From an uncultured delta proteobacterium (lineage in GTDB: Bacteria; Desulfobacterota; Desulfuromonadia; Geobacterales; Pseudopelobacteraceae), in assembly GCA_963772835.1 (NCBI GenBank), contig CAVYYZ010000001.1:32001-96000 (forward strand): 64,000 bases of DNA, written 5' to 3'. The position numbers and the translations under genes are program-made. The notes under the pieces were generated by a model. It saw only the letters and a program-made list of their open reading frames with translations, did not search any database and was not told the origin of the DNA. Shown piece after piece: positions 58,253 through 64,000 of this stretch (position 1 is its first letter; every line of letters starts with the position of its first letter).

Positions 58253-58657
58253 ATGGAACGTGGTGAACGCCCGTGGGGCACGTATACAGTTCTCGATGAG
58301 AATAAAAGTTATAAAATAAAGCGCATAGAGGTCCGCCCCGGTCAGCGTCTGTCGCTGCAGAAACATCATCACCGCAGTGAACATTGGATCGTGGTATCCG
58401 GCACGGCCCTTGTTACCTGCGGGGACAGTCAACAGGTTGTTAACGTTAATGAATCGACCTTTATTCCGATCGGCCAGAACCACCGCCTCGAAAATCCAGG
58501 CAAGATACCGCTTGTGATCATTGAAGTTCAGAGTGGAGAATATCTGGGTGAGGACGATATCGTCCGCTTTAATGACGACTATAATCGTTGTGAAAACCCA
58601 GACTCTGACAAATCGGAAGCCATTTTGTCCGCAAAAAACGCAGAAAATGATATTTAA
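58253..58657 (+). CDS. Mannose-6-phosphate isomerase, type II C-terminal cupin (stand-alone)
   Basis: RPWG, LSLQKHHHRSEHW, HRLENPG, IEVQSGEYLGEDDIVR. Confidence 0.9.
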   Translation: MERGERPWGTYTVLDENKSYKIKRIEVRPGQRLSLQKHHHRSEHWIVVSGTALVTCGDSQQVVNVNESTFIPIGQNHRLENPGKIPLVIIEVQSGEYLGEDDIVRFNDDYNRCENPDSDKSEAILSAKNAENDI

Positions 58658-59198
58658 TGTACTAATGTCGCTCAGTCACATCTTCAATAGAAGCACCCAG
58701 CGGCTTCTTTTCTGCGCCTGCGTGACGTGCCTCTGTGCGGGATGCGCAGCCTCCTCCACAACAATCATTGAAGAGGAAGTCGTCACTAATGCCAGGCCGA
58801 TGTATAGTTATACATCACTCGTGATCCAGGATTTAGATCTGAAGCGGGAATTGTACTCCGATTCTCCCGATGCCGTAATGAACCATCGCGAACTCAGGTA
58901 TGCAAACCTCCCGGGTGAATTGTCCGAGCATATTGAACGCTATGTAAAGTCCCACCATACGTATAAAAATATTTCGCGTGACGGGACGCCGGACAGTGCA
59001 ACACTAGTGCTGACCGGAAAATTTATCCGCCTCGGACGCTTCAAAATATCGATTATAGTCAGCTTGCGTGATGGCGTTAGCGGCCAGGAGGTCGCATTTT
59101 TCCGTCAGACCTTGTGGGATGTTTTGGATACAACCGACTCGATTAACCTGCTTGGTCGAGAAACAGCGGATTTTATTAATAGGATTCAGTACAAATAA
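58647..59198 (+). CDS. Putative lipoprotein
   Basis: Lipobox-like LCAG/C after a hydrophobic stretch; alpha/beta body; start uncertain. Confidence 0.65.
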   Translation: MIFNVLMSLSHIFNRSTQRLLFCACVTCLCAGCAASSTTIIEEEVVTNARPMYSYTSLVIQDLDLKRELYSDSPDAVMNHRELRYANLPGELSEHIERYVKSHHTYKNISRDGTPDSATLVLTGKFIRLGRFKISIIVSLRDGVSGQEVAFFRQTLWDVLDTTDSINLLGRETADFINRIQYK

Positions 59199-59211
59199 CA
59201 GGAGATCTGCT

Positions 59212-60300
59212 ATGTACATTGTTATTCTGGCCGGAGGGTCAGGTACAAGATTCTGGCCTCTTTCGCGAGCTGCCCGTCCGAAACAGCTGATTTCAATCAC
59301 CGGTGATCGAAGCATGCTGCAGAGAACAGTAGAGCGGGTCCTGGATCTTAATCCGACGCGGATCCTGATCATAACCAACCATCTTCAGGCGGATGAAACC
59401 GAACGCCAGATGAAGCGGTACGACTCTATACCGATTGATGTCATCGCCGAACCCTCCGCTCGAAATACAGCACCGGCTATTGGTCTTGCCGCAGCACTTA
59501 TTGCCGCTCGGGACCCTTCTGGATTAATGGCAGTCCTGCCTGCCGATCATTTCATAAAAAATGAACGTATGCTGCGTGACACACTGACCTTTGCGGGAGA
59601 GGTAGCGCGGGACGGATTTCTGGTAACGCTCGGTATATTACCGTCACGTCCAGAGACAGGATATGGCTACATCGAAGCCGAAACGAACCTCTCCAATGAT
59701 GGACATGTGCAGGGACCGTTCCCGGTCAAACGTTTTATTGAAAAACCGCCGCTGGCAGAAGCTGTACGTTTTTTGGATGAGGGGAACTTCTTCTGGAACA
59801 GCGGTATGTTTATCTGGCGGGTAGACACAATTTTAGAGGAGATGGGAACGTTCATGCCGACTCTGCACGAAAAACTGGTGCAGTTGCTGAAAACGTGTGC
59901 CAAGGATAACCATACCGTTCTGAATGCGAAGATCTCGACTCTATACAAGGACATCGAGAGCATTTCTATCGATTACGGGGTTATGGAAAAATCTTCACGG
60001 GTTCAGATGGTCCCGGTCGAGATGGGGTGGAGTGATGTCGGCAGTTGGAGCGCTCTGCCGGAGGTAATTGAGCCTGACTGTTCGGGGACAGTTTGTATTA
60101 ATGCAGGCGGACATATTGCTGTCGATTCATCTGATTGTCTGATTTATGCTGATGGGAGAATGGTGGCTACGGTTGGTGTTCATAACATTGTAATCGTGTC
60201 CACTCCGGATGCCATTCTGGTCTGTGATCGCGAGCGCTGCCAGGATGTAAAAAAAGTGGTTGAGCAGTTGGCAGCCGGCGGGTTGACCGCCTACCTCTAG
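59212..60300 (+). CDS. manC: Mannose-1-phosphate guanylyltransferase (no PMI domain)
   Basis: ILAGGSGTRFWPLSR, RNTAPA, PADH, GYGYI, WNSGMF, SIDYGVMEK, WSDVGSW. Confidence 0.92.
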   Translation: MYIVILAGGSGTRFWPLSRAARPKQLISITGDRSMLQRTVERVLDLNPTRILIITNHLQADETERQMKRYDSIPIDVIAEPSARNTAPAIGLAAALIAARDPSGLMAVLPADHFIKNERMLRDTLTFAGEVARDGFLVTLGILPSRPETGYGYIEAETNLSNDGHVQGPFPVKRFIEKPPLAEAVRFLDEGNFFWNSGMFIWRVDTILEEMGTFMPTLHEKLVQLLKTCAKDNHTVLNAKISTLYKDIESISIDYGVMEKSSRVQMVPVEMGWSDVGSWSALPEVIEPDCSGTVCINAGGHIAVDSSDCLIYADGRMVATVGVHNIVIVSTPDAILVCDRERCQDVKKVVEQLAAGGLTAYL

Positions 60301-60334
60301 TTTGTTGACGCGTCAGGTCATTTTTTTCAGCCTA

Positions 60335-60366
60335 TTGTCAACCTTACGCCCTGAACCGGTTAACCA
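60335..60366. promoter_or_regulatory. BirA (biotin repressor) operator
   Basis: TTGTCAACC-N14-GGTTAACCA immediately upstream of bioF, matching the BirA palindrome layout. Confidence 0.75.
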
Positions 60367-60381
60367 GTGTAAAGGCCGATT

Positions 60382-61554
60382 ATGCAAAAAACAATTCAGA
60401 GCGAGCTTGAAGACATCAGGGCTCGTGGATTATTAAGAGGAACCAGGCTGATCAGAGGTCGACAATCGTCGCGTGTTACCTGCAACGGACACGACGTGCT
60501 GTTACTCTGTTCCAATAATTATCTTGGTTTGGCCGATCATCCTGCCCTGGCAGCCGCTTCGATAGCGGCAATTCAGCGGTATGGGACATCGAGTGGTGCC
60601 TCTCGTCTGGTTTCCGGGACAATGGAGATGCATGAACAGCTGGAGGGTGCTGTCGCCTCTTTTAAAAAGAGTGAGGCGGCTCTCCTTTTCAACAGCGGGC
60701 ATGCCGCAAATACCGGTATTATTCCGGTTATTGTCGGACGGGGTGATGTTGTTTTTTCCGATCGGCTCAACCATGCCAGCATCGTTGATGGAATTCTGCT
60801 CTCCAGGGCACGACTGGTACGCTATCCTCATAACGATTTTCGCACTCTTGCCACTCTCATGGACAAACATGCCGGGGGGCGCAGTCTGATTATCAGCGAT
60901 GGTGTCTTCAGTATGGATGGCGACATTGCACCGCTATCTGAGCTGGCCGCCCTTAAACGCTCCCATGGAGCATTACTTATGATCGATGATGCTCATGGGT
61001 GCGGCGTACTTGGAGAAGGCGGACGGGGAAGTGCCGAGCTACTAGGAGTCGGGAATGCTGTAGATATTCAGATGGGGACATTTGGCAAAGCGTTGGGAAG
61101 TTTTGGGGCATATGCGGCTGTTTCTGTAGAATTGCGTGAACTGTTGATCAATAGGGCCCGCAGCTTCATATTCTCTACATCTTTGCCACCTGCTGTATTG
61201 GCTGCATCCCTGGCTGCTGTAACACTAGTACAGACTCTGGAAGGGAACGAGCTGAGAGAACGGCTGCGTACCAACAGCAGTTTTTTCAGAAACAGTCTTG
61301 CTTCAGCCGGCTTCAGAATCCCTGGCGGCTCAACCCAGATTGTGCCGGTTGTCATTGGATCCGCTGATACTACCATGCAGTTTTCTGAAGCGCTTTTGAA
61401 TGAGGGGGTGTTTGCTCAGGGGATTCGTCCTCCAACAGTTCCTGCCGGTACCAGTCGCCTCCGGTTTACACTGATGGCCACTCATACTCTTGCCGATCTG
61501 GACGTTGCCGTTGAATGTATATGCAGGATTGGTAAGCGCCTTGGGGTTGTGTGA
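60382..61554 (+). CDS. bioF: 8-amino-7-oxononanoate synthase
   Basis: [42 protein letters not shown]. Confidence 0.96.
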   Translation: MQKTIQSELEDIRARGLLRGTRLIRGRQSSRVTCNGHDVLLLCSNNYLGLADHPALAAASIAAIQRYGTSSGASRLVSGTMEMHEQLEGAVASFKKSEAALLFNSGHAANTGIIPVIVGRGDVVFSDRLNHASIVDGILLSRARLVRYPHNDFRTLATLMDKHAGGRSLIISDGVFSMDGDIAPLSELAALKRSHGALLMIDDAHGCGVLGEGGRGSAELLGVGNAVDIQMGTFGKALGSFGAYAAVSVELRELLINRARSFIFSTSLPPAVLAASLAAVTLVQTLEGNELRERLRTNSSFFRNSLASAGFRIPGGSTQIVPVVIGSADTTMQFSEALLNEGVFAQGIRPPTVPAGTSRLRFTLMATHTLADLDVAVECICRIGKRLGVV

Positions 61555-62381
61555 TGCCGTGGTATGAGAACCGTAGAGGCGAGTTATTATGGTATGAAGA
61601 CGAGGGGACAGGGTATCCGGTTGTGCTGGTTCACGGGTGGTGCATGTCGTCAGCAGTATGGAAATACCAGATCGAAGGTCTCTCCTCATCGCAGAGGCTC
61701 CTGGCCCCCGATCTTCGCGGCCACGGCAGATCGCGGGGAACATCGGGTCACCTGGATTTCAATACATTTGCCAATGATCTGGTAGATCTGGTTGATCGCC
61801 TGAAGCTTTCAAGGGTAGTCCTGATAGGTTGGTCGATGGGGGCGCAGGTTGCGCTTCAATCGTGTGCAGAACTGTCCGGCAGACTTGCTGGAATGATTCT
61901 GGTCTCTGCAACTCCACGTTTTACCGCCTCGGATGATTTTCCTCACGGCCTTTCCGGTATCGAAGTCAACGGAATGCGTTTAAAGGTCCTACGCAACACA
62001 CAGCGCGCCTTGGATGGCTTTGTCTCCCGGCTGTTTACTGAAAGTGAGATTGAAGGCCAACTGTCTGCCTCTGAGATTAAAAATCTGCTTTCGTCTATAG
62101 AGCCTCCTGATACTTCGGTGGTACTTGATTCGCTTGATGCGCTTGCCGGTGAAGACATGCGTCATATTCTGACAACACTAGACATCCCTACATTGATTAT
62201 AAATGGCGGTCAGGATCGTATTTGTCTGCCACAGGCATCAAAATATCTGAAGGATCACATTCCGGATGCTGAGCAGGCGGTTTTTCCACTCTGCGGACAT
62301 GCACCGTTTTTGACGCACCTCCATCAGTTTAATGCGGAAATCAGTAGATTTACCAGGAGAGTCTGTGGACACTATCCCTGA
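61551..62381 (+). CDS. bioH: Pimeloyl-ACP methyl ester esterase (BioH-like alpha/beta hydrolase)
   Basis: HGW, DLRGHG, GWSMG nucleophile, GHAPF; lies between bioF and bioC. Confidence 0.8.
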   Translation: MMPWYENRRGELLWYEDEGTGYPVVLVHGWCMSSAVWKYQIEGLSSSQRLLAPDLRGHGRSRGTSGHLDFNTFANDLVDLVDRLKLSRVVLIGWSMGAQVALQSCAELSGRLAGMILVSATPRFTASDDFPHGLSGIEVNGMRLKVLRNTQRALDGFVSRLFTESEIEGQLSASEIKNLLSSIEPPDTSVVLDSLDALAGEDMRHILTTLDIPTLIINGGQDRICLPQASKYLKDHIPDAEQAVFPLCGHAPFLTHLHQFNAEISRFTRRVCGHYP

Positions 62382-63189
62382 TAGAAGTAAAGTTGCAGCT
62401 GCATTTCATCACAAAGCTGTCGAGTATGATTCGCATGTTCTTGTTCAGAAAAGGGTTGCATCCCAACTGAAGAGAGCTGTCGGGCTACATCTCAACGGGG
62501 CTGTCACGAATATTCTCGATGTCGGTACTGGTACAGGAGCACTGCTTGAAGAAATGCATCTAAGTTATCCGGATGCCCGCCTGACCGGTGTCGACATTGC
62601 TCTCAATATGTGTATGCGTACGCGGCAAAAACTTGGTACTGCCTGCTTCGTAGTTAACGGCGAAGCCGAGTCCCTGCCATTTATAAACGGGACATTTGAT
62701 TTGGTCGTTTCAGCATCTGTATTACAGTGGGTGGGTAATTTATCCGCTGCTCTGCATGAGATGAATAGAGTGGTACGGCCCGGCGGGGACATTTGTCTCG
62801 CTTTTTTCTGCCATGGAACGCTTGAAGAGCTCCAATGTTGTTTTAGGGATTCGATCAGTAGGTACGGCCTTGGCGGAAGTCAAAGAGTATCCCGTCTGCA
62901 CCGGTTTTGTGCTGTTGAAGACGTTGTGGCAATTATAAACGGTATGAATTATGAGAGGGCGGTTGTTACGGTCGAAACTGAAGTAGATTGGTATAAAGAT
63001 CTCAATTCTCTGCTTCGATCGATAAAAAACATCGGAGCAGGAACTGTATCGGGCGGCTCTGGAAACGGTCTGGGGTGGAGAGGGATTCTGCAGGCAACTG
63101 CCCGTGCGTATCAAGAGAAGTATGAAGTGGAGGGACAGATCCCGGCTACGTATAAAGTCCTTTATCTGTCTGCCCGAACACAGTTGTAA
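62365..63189 (+). CDS. bioC: Malonyl-ACP O-methyltransferase
   Basis: VAAAF...YD...VQ, LDVGTGTG, FDLVVSASVLQW, GTLEEL, IPATY. Confidence 0.88.
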   Translation: MDTIPDRSKVAAAFHHKAVEYDSHVLVQKRVASQLKRAVGLHLNGAVTNILDVGTGTGALLEEMHLSYPDARLTGVDIALNMCMRTRQKLGTACFVVNGEAESLPFINGTFDLVVSASVLQWVGNLSAALHEMNRVVRPGGDICLAFFCHGTLEELQCCFRDSISRYGLGGSQRVSRLHRFCAVEDVVAIINGMNYERAVVTVETEVDWYKDLNSLLRSIKNIGAGTVSGGSGNGLGWRGILQATARAYQEKYEVEGQIPATYKVLYLSARTQL

Positions 63190-63223
63190 ATAACATATGG
63201 CGTAATGCCGAGACGATTTCGGG

Positions 63224-63496
63224 CTATAACGAACTTATGATCTTCTTCGCAAACGAATTGATAACGCTGTAATGAACTTCAACCCCATCACGCCTTCCCT
63301 CAATTATTCCTTTGTTCTTAAGCAGTGCCAGGTGTTGAGACACCGTTGCCTGAGGAAGACCGAGGCATTCCCAGATATGTTTTACATTACATTCCTGAGT
63401 ACAAAGTCCCGTAACAATCTTCAAGCGGATAGGGTGCCCAAGCACTTTTAAGACATCTGCTTCTGCAGTAAATTTTTTTTCTTTATCAAAGGCCAT
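63224..63496 (-). CDS. ArsR/SmtB family transcriptional regulator
   Basis: LKVLGHPIRLKI, PQATVSQHLALLK, RRDGVEVHYS; GGAGAG RBS. Confidence 0.9.
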   Translation of the reverse strand: MAFDKEKKFTAEADVLKVLGHPIRLKIVTGLCTQECNVKHIWECLGLPQATVSQHLALLKNKGIIEGRRDGVEVHYSVINSFAKKIISSL

Positions 63497-63592
63497 TACT
63501 TGGGCTCTCCATTTTTTTAATATCATATATATGGATTTTGTGCGAGTCAATCGAAAACTGGTCTGGATGATCTTATTACTGGAAGTAATCTC

Positions 63593-64000
63593 TCAGCCAT
63601 ACAGCTTGCTACTCAGATGACAGGAAGCAGCGTGTCCGCCCGCATATTCGATCATCTGCGGAACTTGGTGACGACAGAGGTCAACCGCATGACGACATCG
63701 TGGATGAAATCGGCACCCGGACGGAATTAACAAAGCGGATGGCAGGTCATCCCGCAATAATTCGCTTTTGGATGCATGTGAAACGAGCAGCCCTGGAATT
63801 GCAGCGATAAGTGCCTCTGTATACGGGTGCCGGCACCTGCTAAACAACTCCGCAGCGGGACCGCACTCCACAATCGCTCCAAGATACATAATAATAATAC
63901 GGTCACAAATATGACGTAATATAAGTAGGTTATGAGAGACAATCATCATGGACAACTTGAAATCGATCTTCATCTGAAGCAGTATATTGATAATCTGAGC
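63593..64000 (-). CDS. Oligopeptide/dipeptide ABC transporter ATP-binding subunit, C-terminal part (runs off window)
   Basis: SHNL H-loop, MYLGAIVE, HPYTEALI, PSGCRFHPRC. Confidence 0.88.
   Translation of the reverse strand, partial: AQIINILLQMKIDFKLSMMIVSHNLLILRHICDRIIIMYLGAIVECGPAAELFSRCRHPYTEALIAAIPGLLVSHASKSELLRDDLPSALLIPSGCRFHPRCRHAVDLCRHQVPQMIEYAGGHAASCHLSSKLYG

Overview
Core-genome window from a Geobacteraceae-like bacterium (Desulfobacterota), judged from the 16S sequence and protein families. Left arm (1-11.2 kb, visibly GC-richer): partial nadK, valS, a phosphohexomutase, nifU-nifS, sucB-lpdA and pyk. Five of these genes carry eight single-base frameshifts in total, most likely assembly errors. 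A complete rRNA operon (16S, tRNA-Ile, tRNA-Ala, 23S, 5S) follows. The right arm is AT-richer, shows no obvious frameshifts and is mostly housekeeping: ppsR-like regulator, response regulator, degP-like protease, rdgC-like gene, obgE, proB, the rpsU-yqeY-cvpA-dnaG-rpoD cluster, glyQS-hisHAFE, gap-pgk-tpiA-secG, three tRNAs (Leu-GAG, Arg-UCU, Arg-UCG), dxs-pyrF-rlmB, sigma54-type glnB-glnA, proteases, rfbB/rfbD/man genes, BirA-operator bioFHC, an ArsR regulator and a partial peptide ABC ATPase. I saw no CRISPR array, intact mobile element or prophage, and I found no clear-cut novel system. The best leads are an M23 peptidase coupled to a two-domain Cys-rich class II aldolase, an islet beside the tRNA-Arg genes with a hairpin-masked Shine-Dalgarno and a 17-codon ORF, small Cys/His-rich proteins, a heptamer-repeat palindrome in the 23S-5S spacer, and the frameshift/composition break at the rRNA operon. 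All family calls come from recognising motifs by eye; no database search was run.
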